From: Eledone cirrhosa
Taxonomy: Eukaryota
Reading direction: 5' to 3'
DNA length: 64,000 bases
Assembly: GCA_964016885.1 (NCBI GenBank)
Contig: OZ024745.1
Location: 132,370,001-132,434,000, forward strand
A program made the translations under genes and the position numbers. The notes under the pieces were generated by a model that saw nothing but the letters and a program-made list of their open reading frames with translations, made no database searches and was not told where the DNA came from. Of this stretch, positions 13,432-27,872 are shown in pieces; the stretch's first letter is position 1; each line of letters begins with the position of its first letter.

Positions 13432-13736
13432 TATATATATAAGTTTTTATCTTTGCGAATGACGAATTATCTTCGTTTTGTTTCGTTCATTGCCAGAAAA
13501 CGTCTCCACTAACCACCTAAAGAGAATATTAGTCTACGACTTCATTTATACCATAAACGGGATTTTGTCTTTCCGTGTAATTGTTATCAACGCTCCAAAT
13601 AATGACGTATTATTTTCGTTTTTTCCCGTTCTCTGCCATGGAACGTTTCCACGAAACAAAATATCGTCTTCCTGTTTTCCTTCTGTTGCAACGTTTTTCG
13701 AAATATTTACTTCTGCGTTCACAGATTGATTTTTTT

Positions 13737-13787
13737 AGTTTCAGAAGATCCCGTTAAGGATGAAAGCAGCGATTTTTTGCTTAAACT
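13737..13787 (+). ncRNA. Type I hammerhead motif (variant core CAGAAGA) within a pLTR-like segment at about 13440-13890
   Basis: AGTTT-CAGAAGA-TCC cgttaa GGA-T-GAAA-GCA..TGC-T-T|AAACT. Confidence 0.7.
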
Positions 13788-14055
13788 TTAATCTGTTATT
13801 TGCTCTATGATGTTTATATATTTGATATATATGTTATCCTTATCGGGCCCTCTTTGGATTTTAGTCTTCACGGTTATTATTATTACTATATATATATATA
13901 TATTTATATTGATTAAAATAATTTATTATTATTACTATATATATATTTATTATAATAATTTATTATTATTACTATATATATATATATATATATATAAACA
14001 ATAGTAATAAATGGAAAATATCACTATAGCATCATATTTATTTTTTATATCTATT

Positions 14056-14130
<75 letters not shown>

Positions 14131-15785
14131 GTGTGATAATTTCTTTTAAGTTTATTCATTTCATATCGTTATGGTTTATTGTTATTTATTTCTCTCACAT
14201 ACTAATGGAGCTAATTGGTGAAAATAGCTCGATAGTTTAGTGAAGAGAGGTATATATAATCGGAGAGAAGAATCTTGGTCGTATCTTATTGTTAACATAG
14301 GTTTCAGGGTTGCTTGAATTATCTTGTGTTTAGTATTCTTATAAAGTTACACAATCTATGATTCTCATTGATTTTGTTTTTGTTAGTATATCGTTACTTG
14401 TAATATATTCATACAGGTTCTTCTGTAAATCTCTCAAGCTGACATATTTTAGACTGATACTGTGTCCAAGTCTTACTGACATAGACCAGTATGAAAAATC
14501 CAACAGCCAGGCACACTAAAACGTATGGTTTTCGAGTTATGGTGATGAAATTCCGTGTAAGAGTGTCTGTGAATTCATCAATTCCCCACCGATATAGTCA
14601 TCCTCCGGTTCTGAAGATTTACTATTTGGAGTTAAAGACCCGAAGATGTGACTGGCTTATTGGCTATACCTTTTTATGCACCATTGAGAAACAAATTGGC
14701 AGATAATTACGACATTGGCCATATGTCTTGTTGCTGATCTGGTCCCTCATGAATTTTCTAATATTAAAATGAGTTTTCGTTTCAAGGCTTTATCTATCAG
14801 ATGTAGAGAGGTGAGCGTGGAATCGACGATTAAGTTGGTTACTTTTAACTGTTTTCTTCATAAAAGGACGTCTTGAAACTACATCGTCTTATTTTTACTA
14901 TTTCACAGATATACAAAACAATAACTTACTCATTTTTGTATTATTAGTCGAAAGTTGGTATAAAACAATTCAATTAACTACTAAGGAATGAATTTAAGCG
15001 TTTATTTCTTATACAACTTAAACCTCTCATTACAAGCTATAATTGAGTAAATTGATTATTTATGGCTAAGTCCAGTTTGTTAATAGATTCAATTTTGTGG
15101 TGATTGGTAATCAACTAATACAATCTCTCAAATTTGGTAAATAAAGAGAATATAATTTCTCAAGAATACGATAAAAAGTTGATTGCTTTAATGGGTATCA
15201 AGCCAATTATTTGTCTGTCGTTTATACAGACAAATATATAATTTACTGAAGCGATATATTACAGGTTTACATTTTATGAATGTCAAAATTATTAAAAAGG
15301 AAATGTTAAGCACTTAAATTTGCGGAAACCGGAGCTAAACTACAATCTTCGTTGTGGCGCGGAGAATTGTTCCATTTTAGCACACACATAGATTAATAAA
15401 TGTGATATTGCGGAACTAAAGTAGAGAGAATGAAATTAGAAAATATCAACTCTATTTAACATAGGGAACTGACCAAAGAATGGGTTAAATATTTCACTTT
15501 GCACCACAGCGTGGTTTCCAGTTAGATTCAAATGCACGGCAATTCGTGAGTTCCAATTTCATTTTAAAGACGTTAGTTGTTGACAATACATCACATGTTT
15601 CACTAGAATTATGATAACACAGTGACATTAACACTATTCCATTAGCTGGCAACGGTGATTTCAATTAGCCTCATAGTAGAAACCTATATTTAGTATGTCA
15701 GGTCACTTTAGTAAACATGCAATAATACATTCAATTGGAATTTTGTCGAATACTTATTCTATCGAGGCCCATTTGCCGAAACATT

Positions 15786-15866
<81 letters not shown>

Positions 15867-15868
15867 GC

Positions 15869-15960
<92 letters not shown>

Positions 15961-18255
15961 TGTGTGTGCATCCTGGGTGAAATCGGAGGTAAACACGATT
16001 AGTTCTGTGGATCGTATAGTGTATGTCACTATGTATTCTCTTTCGACTGTCTCACTAAACTCCGAAGTGTTGTAGAAGAAACAATATTAACTTGATTTAT
16101 AATGGTTGCAATCAATATTGTTAATTGTGTATTTTACTTTTTGTCGAAAGAAACTGTAAGTTATTTTTATAAACATTTATATTTTATTGGAGGAATCTAT
16201 GATTTTTTCTATAAAAATCGTAGGAATCATCATCTCCTCTGCTTATGCTATCGGGATTAATGAAACTCAGCATACTAAACCAGTGAAATAGACATTAGTA
16301 TTATAGTATTTACTGTTGTAAGCCATTTCTTCTTCCTACTTCACGCTAAGTTGACACATCTGTTCAGTTGTTTAGCTATTGAGTGAGAGGAGCAGAACCA
16401 GTGAACAGATGCAACTAAATCTTCGAATGGTTCTACAATATCCTGTTAATGTTCTAATTTGTGGCCTTATATTCAGGAAATCATACCTTAATTTTATATT
16501 TGATGCTTAAAATTCGATAGAACCCAACACTAATGATAATATCAAATGCTAATCCAATGTTAAACGTTCTTCTGCTATTTATACAATACTATCTGCTCTT
16601 CGAACCTTATTGGAACTATCTCAGCTCTTTGTTTGAACAAGTTGCTCAACTGTTTCAGTTTCCTACAAACTTCAACTTCTTTTATTCAGAAGCAAACCTA
16701 TAAATTTACACAAATATTATACAAATCGTAATGGCGCTTGTTTGCCTACTCTCTCTCTATCTCTTATTAATTAAATAATTTTCAAATTATTTGATTTCAA
16801 CGCACCAAACATTGCTCCTTTCTCGTATCTTCCTTTCAGCATGAATGGTTAGAGTTTATAGCCTAAACTTGCTATCTTAAAGGTATACTTTAAACCCAAC
16901 CAAACAAAGAAAATGACAAGTAAACACTAACACGTTAGAAGTTGTAAAAAAATATTTGAAACCTGTGTATCTGCGGCGAGGTAATCAACATTGACATTTA
17001 AGTTACAGTTTACATAAAGGTTAACATTTACAACAAAGCAGTTTCATGAAGAAGGATTAGTTTTGGTTTGAAATAGAGCATTTTATCAATTCTGCATTAC
17101 TATTGAACCGATGCATGAGCGCATTACGACGTCCCAACAGGTGGTAATAAATAAAAGGTTGTATGCTCTTAGCGTTAGAAAATCATACAATAGGAAATTG
17201 AAAACAAATGAAGATATCTTATACAGGAACATAATCCTTGAAAACAAAAGAAAGTATTTAAAAGAAAGTTAGAGGAATTTCGTTCATTCTGAATTAGCAA
17301 ACTTCAGATACTCAATAATGGGTATGGTGAAATCATTATATTGTCTTTCTAGTTAAACAATTTCTATTTCTATTAGCTCTTTCAGATGAACAGAACCATT
17401 TGAAAAATATAATGGCCAATAAAAGAAGCCATTAAACGTAATTGGAGAATACATACCAGTATGATGTCTAAGAAATATCCATATAAATTGAAATTATATT
17501 TGAGCAGATAAAACATTCCATCTTATATGTCGATTTTGTATATTATAAAATATAGTTATTTTTCATGTTTCCAACAATAACAACAACAGAATTTGCGTTA
17601 CAGGGATGTAATAAACATCTTCATTTTGAAATATGTTATGTTGGAAGACATTTTCATTTCAGCAACAATCCTAAATGATTTACGTCGGTGGAAGAGAACC
17701 TTTCTTTCAAATTTTATATCTGCTGAAAATATTTCAGGGAGACCCCTTTAATCGGTAGCAATCTTGAATACGATATCAAATGTTTACCGAGTTAAAATAT
17801 CGGTTTCCCATCAAAGAAAGACAAAAGGCGGTATATTGAACCTTTTTAGAGGTACATTATTGCTACCATCAAAATATGCAAAATTATTTAAATTTTCAAG
17901 GTATAGTACTTCTTAAAATTTTTGTCTGCAATATATATATGCGGGTGATAATCAATCAATCAATAAATCATTTAATCAATTATTTGATAACTTTTTAGAC
18001 AAAAGGTTATGGAAATTCATGAAAGCTGCAATTCTTTCTTAAGTTTGCTGTTTCATTCTTCTACCCCAGCGCTTCAATTATTTCCAACCATCACGTTTAT
18101 TGCACACTACAATGTCTGATCTTAGACGAGTACTGAAATATTTTACATAATGAACGTAATTAAAATTTTAACTAGAAATAATTATACAGTGATGAAAAAA
18201 CAATATTTGACAATAACTAATATTATTTCAATTATTTAAACAAGTACAAGTAGAA

Positions 18256-18361
<106 letters not shown>

Positions 18362-18427
18362 GTATATATCTATATATGTATATATATATGTATATATGTA
18401 TATATGTATATATATATACACACACAC

Positions 18428-18459
<32 letters not shown>

Positions 18460-18462
18460 GTA

Positions 18463-18720
18463 TAACGGAGGAAATGTGGTAAGGAACCAGGTGGACCATA
18501 ACGCACCAAAGTACTCAATACTTAGGGTAGTAGAGTGGGTAATAGGAACGAGTAGGACCCCGACGGCTGAGCTCAAGCCGTTTGACGGCTAATTCTGGAC
18601 TAATTTAGTCCAGCTCAGCCGTCGGGGTCCTACTCGTTCCTATTACCCACTCTACTACTCTAAGTATTGAGTACTTTGGTGCGTTATGGTCCACCTGGTT
18701 CCTTACCACATTTCCTTCGT

Positions 18721-18722
<2 letters not shown>
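18463..18722. mobile_element. Fold-back element, family C, about 110-bp arms
   Basis: Near-perfect inverted repeat within (TA)n; right arm lacks the stem II/GAAA segment; inner hairpin ctggactaa/ttagtccag. Confidence 0.92.
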
Positions 18723-18785
<63 letters not shown>

Positions 18786-19115
18786 CCTCTACAGCGTCGC
18801 AATGTTATTAAGGAGTGGCAGTTTCTGACCACACCTTCCCTAAACCATCTATCAGTACTCGACGGCTGCCTTCTCACAATACAACAATTTTATTACAGGC
18901 AATCCCCGAGTCGAATTTTAACTTTAAATTTCCTACTCCCTTTTCTATAAGTTTGGATTCAACGTAACCCTATCATGTAATTCTGTGGAAGGTATTTGAT
19001 GAGATCAACATGTCTTGCGTTATATATGGATGATGGAGCTGGACCATTGAAACATGTATAGTGATTTCACACAATTAAAGTTTTGAAGCATAACTTCCAA
19101 CCCGGCCTGTTGTCA

Positions 19116-19144
<29 letters not shown>

Positions 19145-19147
<3 letters not shown>

Positions 19148-22100
19148 ATACTTGATGAACCATGATAATGTACGAATTATTGGCAATAGGGACTCTGGAA
19201 CTGATGCTGTAAGGGTCTGGCCCGGCAGCTGTCCTATGGCACCACAGCATGGGACCGGTTGTCATCCTGCCACTGCGAAGAAATTGAAACCTATGAATAT
19301 AGGTTGCTGGAACATCCGGACCTTATTAGATTAGGTGTCTTCAGAATCACCATCAGAAAGAAGATCAGCTCTTGTTGGCAAAGAGCTGGGACGATACAAT
19401 ATGGATATTGTTGCCTTATCTGAAACAAGGCTACTCGAAAAGGGTCATATCACTGAGATGTCCAGTGGCTACACGTTTTACTGGAGTGGCAGAGCAGCAG
19501 GATGCAAAAGGAAGGCAGGTGTGGCTTTTGCAGTGAAAATGTCTTTGTGTCGACACCTGACCAGTTTCCAAGTGGCATCAATGATCGTCTCATATCAATG
19601 AGGATTCCTGTGATGTACAATCGCTACTCTACCATTGTCACTGTTTATGTCCCGACGATGATCTCCAATGATGACGAGAAACTTGCCTTTTACAGGTCTT
19701 TGAAGGAACTTGTCAAAATGATTTCTTCAGCAGACAAAATTGCCGTACTTGGTGATTTCAACGCACGCGTTGGCAGGGATTATGAGACTTGGGATGTGAT
19801 CTGCAGACATGGCATAGGGAAATGTAACAGCAATGGTCTCCTCTTGCTACAGATGTGTGTGGAATTAAATTTGTTCATTGCAAGTACGATCTTCCAGCAA
19901 AAGCATAAGTTCAAGACAACATGGATGCACTCTGGGTCGAAGGTATGGCATCTGATCAACTATGTTCTTGTGAAGAAACTTGACATGCAGGATATCAAGC
20001 ATGTGCGTGTTCTGCGTGGTGCAGAGTGACTGACGAACGTCTGGTGCGCGCCAAGGTAAACTTCGTGATCAAACCTCAAACAAGCGCAAATGGTGTCAAA
20101 ATTCCAAAGTGCTTGAATATAGCTCGTATGAAAGATAAGGGTGTCAAGGAAGAGCTGGGTCACAGGGTTGAAAACATTGACTGTGCGAACAACTGGAATG
20201 ACTCCAGGAGCTCGGTCTATGAGGCTTCAGCAGAGGTCCTTGGCTTTGTCACAAGAAAACACAGCGACTGGTTTGATGAGAATGACCGGGAGGTCAAGGC
20301 TCCGCTGGACAGAAAACAAAAGGCACTCGATGCAGTTATTAAAGTTAGTAGCTCTGTTGGTGACAATTATGAGTGTTACAGACAGGTAAAGAATGAGGTG
20401 TAGGTGAAACGCAGTGTCATGCAAACTATCTGGTGGAGCAACAAAGCAGATGAGGTTCAAGCGGCATCTGATTGCAACAATGTGAAACTGTTGCACACTC
20501 TACTCAGAGAGGTGTATGGTCATTTCAGCCCATCAGTGACACCATTGAGATCAAAAGATGGGAAGCAGTTACTGCGCAATCCAAAAGACATACTCGCCAT
20601 ATGGAGAGATCACTTTGATGAGCTCTTAAACCAACCATCCCAGGTTGATGATGATTTCATTTGCTCCATTCCTATTGAACCAGTGAAGCATGAGATGGCT
20701 GATGTACCTTCTCTTGCAGAGGTGACTGCTGCTGTACATAAGCTGAACTGTGGTAAGTCTCCTGGTATGGATAGTCTGAGTGCAGAGGTTTTGAAGTGCG
20801 GTGGTGAAAACTTCACCAGCGCCTGACTGACCTCATGAAAAAGGTGTGGGAAGATGAGAATATCCCACAAAATTGCAAGGATGCACTCATGGTGATTCTC
20901 CATAAAGAAAAGGGTGGGAAGGACAAATATGCCAATTACCATGGCATATCACTTCTGTCAGTAGTTGGTAAAGTCATGTGTCGAATTTTGATGGATATAA
21001 TGATCTCAAGAATTGCTCTGGGTGTGTTGCTTGAGTCGCAGTGTGGGTTCAGAAACGAAAGAGGAACAGTGGATATGATCTTTTCTGCTCGGCAGCTGCA
21101 AGAAAAGTGTATTGAACAATGTATGGACCTTTACCTGGTTTTTGTTGACCTGACAAAGGCCCTTGACACCGTCACTCGAACTGCATTGTGGAAAATTTTG
21201 AAAAAGCATGGCTGCCCTCCAGGGTTTGTAAAGATTCTGCGTCTTTTCCATGATGACATGATGTCTTGGGTCAGTATTTGTGGCAGCATCTCTGAACCAA
21301 TATCAGTTTAAAATAGAGTGAAGCAGGGGAAAATTCCGGCTCCAACTCAGTTTTCCTTGTATTTTACGATAGTGTTTCTCATGGCATTCAGGAAGAATTG
21401 TTCGCATGGAGTTTACATCAGGTATCGCACTTCAGTAAGGTTGTTCAGCATCAGGCGCTTTGGTGCAAGCACAAATGTATTAACATCTATAATCCGAGAG
21501 TTTTTGTATGCAGTTGACTGCGATCTTTTTGCATGCAGTATATTATGAACTATTTTTCTGAAACTTGCAGCACTTTGGGCCTCATAATAAGCTTGGAAAA
21601 GACTGTTGTGATGTATCAGTTAGCACCCTGAAAGAAATACACTACACTAAGTGTGTACGTGTACGGAAAGAGGCTAAAAGTTGCTGACAGGTTTGTTTAC
21701 CTTGGTGGTACGTTGAACAATTCATGCGCACTTGATGATGAAATATCTTTAAGAATCAAGAAAACCAGTGATGCTTTTGGACGGCTGCATGAACGTTTAT
21801 GGTCCCAATGAGGTATCACTATTGAAACCAACGAAAAAGAGTATCTGACTTGTGTCGTCTCCTCTTTGCTTTATGCTTGTGAAACGTGGGTCACATAGAG
21901 AAAGCACCTCAAGGAACTGGAGAGGTTTCACCAACAATCTCTTCGTAACTTACTTGGGGTGCGATGGAAAATGTTTGTCAGTGATTTGGAAGTTCTCGAA
22001 CGGAGCAGGTGCATGATTACGGAGAGCATAGTCTTTCGGCACCGGTTGAGGTGGTGCGGACACGTGGTCCGGATTTCTGATGATCGTATGCCAAAGCAAC

Positions 22101-22690
22101 CTCTCTACGGAGAACTGTGTGAAGGAAGGTGACCACCACACAAACCAAAATTGCGGTGCCGGAACTGTATCAGAGGCACCTTGGCTTGTGCTGGAATTTC
22201 ATCTGACGAATGGGAGAAAATGGCTGAGGAGGAGTGAAGTGGAGACGTTTGATCAAGTCAGGTAGTGAACACCTTGAAACTCGTCTAACACTGAAAAGAA
22301 AAGTGAAGAAAAGAGACTGTTCTCAACTGCCTCATATTGGACATCATCTGATTTGACAGCATTGAGGTCGAATCTGCCTGAACAAAGCTGGTTTGATTAC
22401 ACACGAACAAAGTCAGATCAGTAGACCTCATGTAGATTATGATCTGAAAAGGTGTAAGGAATATGGCAAGGAATATGCTAGCATGGGATGTCTTAAAAGA
22501 CACATGAGAACACACAGCCAGAACAAAGCAATCGAAAGACCCAGAAGAGCCTACAGTTGCCATGTATGTGCCAGAGGGTGCAAATCTTTAGCTGGTTTAA
22601 AGAGCCACATTCGTGCCTCACATTTTTGTGCATTTTATCGGGCGATGGCAATGCTTGAACACGACTTTGCAGCCATCATGTATGTATGAA
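19145..22690 (+). mobile_element. Near-full-length decayed RTE-clade LINE (APE endonuclease, RT, C-terminal C2H2 fingers)
   Basis: GCWNIRTLLD, RRSALVGKELGRYNMDIVALSETR, LGDFNARVG, KTTWMH, GKSPGMD, YHGISLLSVVGK, ESQCGFR, FVDLTKALDTV, FLYAVDCDL, FVYLGG, LLYACETW, RLRWCGHV; (TATG)n tail; many stops and frameshifts. Confidence 0.97.
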
Positions 22691-23867
22691 TGGATAAATA
22701 TATGCTAGTACGTACTTATGTATGTGCATATGTATGTTTGTATGTATGTATTTATGTAGGTATATATATATATGCATGCATGCATTTATGTATATATGTA
22801 TGCACGTATGTATGTATGTTTGTACTTATGTGTGCATGTATGTTTGTATGTATGTATATATGTATCTATGTATATATGCATGTATGTAAGCTTGTATATA
22901 TATGATTCCACGAATTAATGAATACATAATTTTATTTGTCTTTCTCATATTCAAAACAGTTCCGAAGTCCTTTAAGGAATCACTGATACCTACGTGATTG
23001 ATCAGGAGATGAAATATATATCGAACTAAAATTAAGAAGACTTAGTCACCGCAATGTCTCGCATTTAACTGACTGTGTCACGTAAGTCAAAAGTGTCATT
23101 CCTACTGGGACTGGAAACTTAGGAAACATACATATATGTGTATCCTGCCACGTGTAAACTTGCCAAGCAGTCACTTGATAAATTTGTATCATATAAGCAA
23201 TGTTAAGTCATTAAAAAAAATGAAGAGATAAATTATAGCTATGAGATTAGTTATGTTTGATGTTAATATTTAGTGGAAATTATCGAAAATGGAAGCAGCT
23301 TCAAGCATTTGTTGGGATTCTGTTGCTTTTGATATAATAGAATAGCCATTAACCAAAATATCAAACAACTAGTTTGATTTAGTATCTTGTAGCACTACTC
23401 ACTTCCTGCACATTGAAGACATCTCTGAACCCTCAAAACCCTTTGACCTACCAACTAAGCAATCAAATTTAGTAATTATCTTGCTATTCATCCATTTATT
23501 TCAGATTTTGAAATAGCTTTTTTATTGCCTTCTTTGTTGTTTTGTGATGTGTTTGTATATCGGAGTTATCCGGGTTGATCAGAAGTGTTTTCTGATATTC
23601 AATTAAGTTAGCTACCTTATTACTGAAGCAAGAGACTATTATGGTTTGATGTGAGTGATATTTCACACACACACACACACACACATTCACACATACACAT
23701 ACACACACATATACACACACACCCACACACACACTCAGATACACACACACACTCACACACACACACACAGACACACACACACACACTCACAGACACACTC
23801 ACACACACACACACACACACTCACGCGCATATACACACACACATACACACACTCACACACACGCACT

Positions 23868-23899
<32 letters not shown>

Positions 23900-24014
23900 C
23901 ACACACTCACACACAGACTCACACACACACACTCACGCGCATACATACACACACGCGCACGCGCACACACTCGTATATATATGTATATATATATATGTAT
24001 ATATGTATATACAG

Positions 24015-24066
<52 letters not shown>

Positions 24067-24786
24067 GAAAGATTTGAATGGATACAGTTTAGTTGAAAGG
24101 AATTTATTGACACGTGTTTCTATAACAGTTACATAACCTAAAACAGCTATATACAAACTTTTAGTTATGCAGACATTCAATATTTCAATGTTATTATTTA
24201 CTGTCATTTCATCAGAATAATATTACTGAGGACCTATTTAGTTTTTATAGAGAATATTAGGAGGGAGGGGTGAAGTTGTTAGAAGAATAGTTGAAGGAGT
24301 GGTTTTTCGATAGCAGTGAGAATTCTTGGTGGCAGTGAGTAATTAGATTCCCATCTGTTGTTTTGACATTTTTTATAGAATATATTATTGGTTATTTTTC
24401 TAAATCTATAGAAGGATTAGAGATAGTAAAGATATGCGTGGTTGGTTTTGTGTTTGCACTTAATTAACATTCAGACTTAAATTTTTCTTTCAAGTGTACG
24501 TATCCTTTCACCCACGCATTCACACACAAATATATTTGCACACCACTACAAAATACATATACTCACAATTCACATATTCATACTTACATATATATACACA
24601 TGCATACACATATATATACACACATGTATTCATATACATACATACGCGCTCATGTGTATACATTTTCATACTCAACTTATCTTTATATACACACGTATAG
24701 ACACACTCATATACACATACATACTCTAGTCCATGTGTACACACATACACATACTTACACATCCATATACACATATATACATACAT

Positions 24787-24861
<75 letters not shown>

Positions 24862-25494
24862 CATATATACATACACATACATATACACATATATACATAC
24901 ATATATATATATAAGCACTTTAATACATGAATACACTTACATCTAACTATACACATCAAACATATATATATTCACTTATTTATATACATTTTCACATATA
25001 TATACATACTTATGGACGTTTTTAGACACATTCATTATCGCATATTTGTACCTATTCTCATCAGCATATCTTTTCATTATTAGTATGGTAATTTAAGGTT
25101 ATTAATATATGTTGAGAAGAGATTGTTTTTATATTTTTCTAACTAGATTAAGGTTTATATAGTTGGGGGATGTCCCTCTTTTATGTAATATTCGGCTTGT
25201 AGTGGGAAAAAAGGGTTTTAGTTCTGTGACGGCAGAATAATGTTCGTTCAATTCTGTTATTCAGCAGTTTCTTCTTGTGTGTGATTATGTAATAAATCTC
25301 AAGATTACACAATTTGCAGAAATTTTGGCTCCTGGAAAAGCTTTGGGTTTTAGCTAATTTTTCCCATTTTAGGGTAAACTTTTGGTCGCTATCCCTGAGC
25401 GTCCAAGCTTTTTCTGCTAAAGTTGTTACATATATATATATATGTATATACAGTATGCATATATATATGTGTGTCTGTGTGTGTGTGCGATTGT

Positions 25495-25660
25495 GTGTAT
25501 CCCGGGTCCATGTGGGTAACCACAGTAAGTAAGGTACTCAATACATAGTAGAGTATACATGTTTAATATAGAAATGTCTTCTACAGGACTAGAACTGTTT
25601 CATTCGAAGGAAGTCATCAGGGCTTCCGGATGATTCCTTTCAAATGACACAGTTCCTGCC

Positions 25661-25665
<5 letters not shown>
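25495..25665. mobile_element. pLTR-like element with a head-to-head HHR pair (inverted repeat 25582-25665)
   Basis: Minus: CTGATGA-C-TTC cttc GAA-T-GAAA-CAG..CTG-T-A|GAAG. Plus: degenerate CTTC-CGGATGA..GACA-CAG..CTGTA. Related sequence at 61045-61105 and 32120-32185. Confidence 0.75.
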
Positions 25666-25735
<70 letters not shown>

Positions 25736-25825
25736 CATGTATGTATGTATGTATATATATGTCTGTATGCATTATGTAAGTATATATATATATGTGTATG
25801 CATATATGAATATATATACATATAT

Positions 25826-26666
25826 TGTTGCAAAATGTGGTATTCAACAACAGCACGGCTCCAGCAGCCAGAAGTCAACGGCTGGGAAACTGTAATCCTG
25901 CTCAGCTAACTAACTTGCTTAGAACTGAAGAATTAGACTCACCAGGTTGGATGTCTTGTGCAGTATTGTTCATTGCCGCCCATGTTCACGTAGAATATTC
26001 ACGTCACCCATTTTACACCGATTGTCTTTACCACGTCACCAACCTCAGACAGACTGTCTTTACCACGTCACCCACTTTACACCGCATGTCTTTACCACGT
26101 CACTGACCTCAGACATACTGTCTTTACCACGTCACCAACCTCAGACCGACTGTCTTTACCACGTCACCAACCTCAGACCGACTGTCTTTACCACGTCACC
26201 AACCTCAAGCAGACTGTCTTTACCACGTCACTCACTTTACACCGCATGTCTTTACCACGTCACTGACCTCAGACATACTGTCTTTACCACGTCACCAACC
26301 TCAGACCGACTGTCTTTACCACGTCACCTACCTCAGACCAGCTGTCTTTACCACGGTGCTGACCTCAGACAGACAGTCTTTACTACGTCACTGACCTCAG
26401 ACCTACTGTCTCTACCACGGTGCTGACCACAGACCGACTGCTCTCGCTACCAACCTCACCCCGAATCCCCGTATTGGCAACTCCAGGTGTTAAAATATTA
26501 TACCTCCAGTAAAAGTCACAAAAACCAGTGTATCATGCTTCCAATCAGTCACGTGATCCATTGTTCTATTTTACCTTACCCCCTTCTGTAGATCTGGGGA
26601 GCAATGTTCAAATTGGAGTGATACCATTTGCAGGCGAGGATTGACTTTACAATCTCCTTCCTAACA
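25826..26666. mobile_element. Probable solo LTR (841 bp)
   Basis: Termini TGTT...AACA with ATAT on both sides (25822-25825, 26667-26670). The TSD is weak evidence in a TA-rich context. Confidence 0.6.
26010..26440. repeat. 32-bp minisatellite, about 13 units, with about 160-bp higher-order repeat
   Basis: Unit ctgtctttaccacgtcaccaacctcagaccga; variant units recur 160-161 bp apart. Confidence 0.95.
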
Positions 26667-26682
26667 ATATATATATATATAT

Positions 26683-26933
26683 ATAGTTATGTAATAAACA
26701 ACATAAGGCAATTATTTCATTTACCAGTGGTTTCTTAAAAGCAAACAAATGTTGCTTTCAATCGTCAGAATGAAAAAATCCTGGTGTATTTATTGGCATT
26801 CAATAAATACACCAGGATTTGAAGAAACCACTGGTAAATGAAATAATTGCCTTATGTTGTTTATTACATAACTATTAAGCTCTGTTACCTACATAGAGCA
26901 CTGTTTTTTCCTGCACTTTTCCGACGGAATTAC

Positions 26934-26937
<4 letters not shown>
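26683..26937. mobile_element. Fold-back element (inverted repeat 26683-26875) with a 3' extension, between TA tracts
   Basis: Outer arms about 54 bp, inner arms 20 bp, about 40-nt bulge on the left arm; related 3' end at about 51845-51910. Confidence 0.92.
26716..26774 (-). ncRNA. Type I hammerhead ribozyme
   Basis: TTCATT-CTGACGA-TTGAAAGCAA catttgt TTGCTTTTAA-GAAA-CCACTGG-T-A|AATGAA. Confidence 0.88.
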
Positions 26938-27005
<68 letters not shown>

Positions 27006-27872
27006 AAGAGAGAGACAAAGAAAGACAGAGAGAGATGAGGTTAGAGAGATAGGGGGATGCAAATGAAAGATGAAAGACTGTTAGAATAAGAGAGACTCTC
27101 AGACAATGGGAAATGAAGAGACAGAGATAGAAGAATATAAAAGAATGAAGTAGACTGAAACAGCATCAAAGAAGAGCATTCTACTGCATCTTTAAGTAAA
27201 GTATTATTAAAGTATTTTTGTTTTATTGGAGGAAAAGTAGGAATACGGAAAAACCTCATTTCATTACTCCATTTAATTGAAGTCAGATTAATTACGGCAA
27301 ATTAATTATGATGACAATTTAAGCTCCGATCTTTGTGCATCGCCGTCATTGAATTTTCGATGTTATTCTTATAACTCTGTGACGCAATACTATCAATGGC
27401 TCACCCATTCCACGTATCTGCAGCAGAGCAATATACCTACAAATAGAACAGAAAAAACTAGGAACCACTTGACGTGGCAAAGTCTTATTTACCAACATTC
27501 GCAATGAGGTTGTATTTTGACTCTATGACTGATTGTCTAATGTTTTCAAATGGAATATCTAATTATCACCAATATCTATACAGAATTACTTAGGTGAGCA
27601 TCAAACGTTCTAGGTGGGTTCTCAACGTGTTGAAAATAGCAGTCAAATGTATATAGAATCCTATCATATATTCTTAGAAACGAGGATATAGGATAATGTA
27701 GTCCTCGGAAAACAAAACAAGAAATATGTGATTTTGTTACAACAGAGTACCGTTTTCTCCTATCACTGCTGGAACAGGGCGGAATCAAGAATACAATCAG
27801 CAACATCATATGCTTTCTTCCTTCTTTCATCAGCGTGGTATTTCACTAAGCGGTATGAGTATCAAGCGTGAA

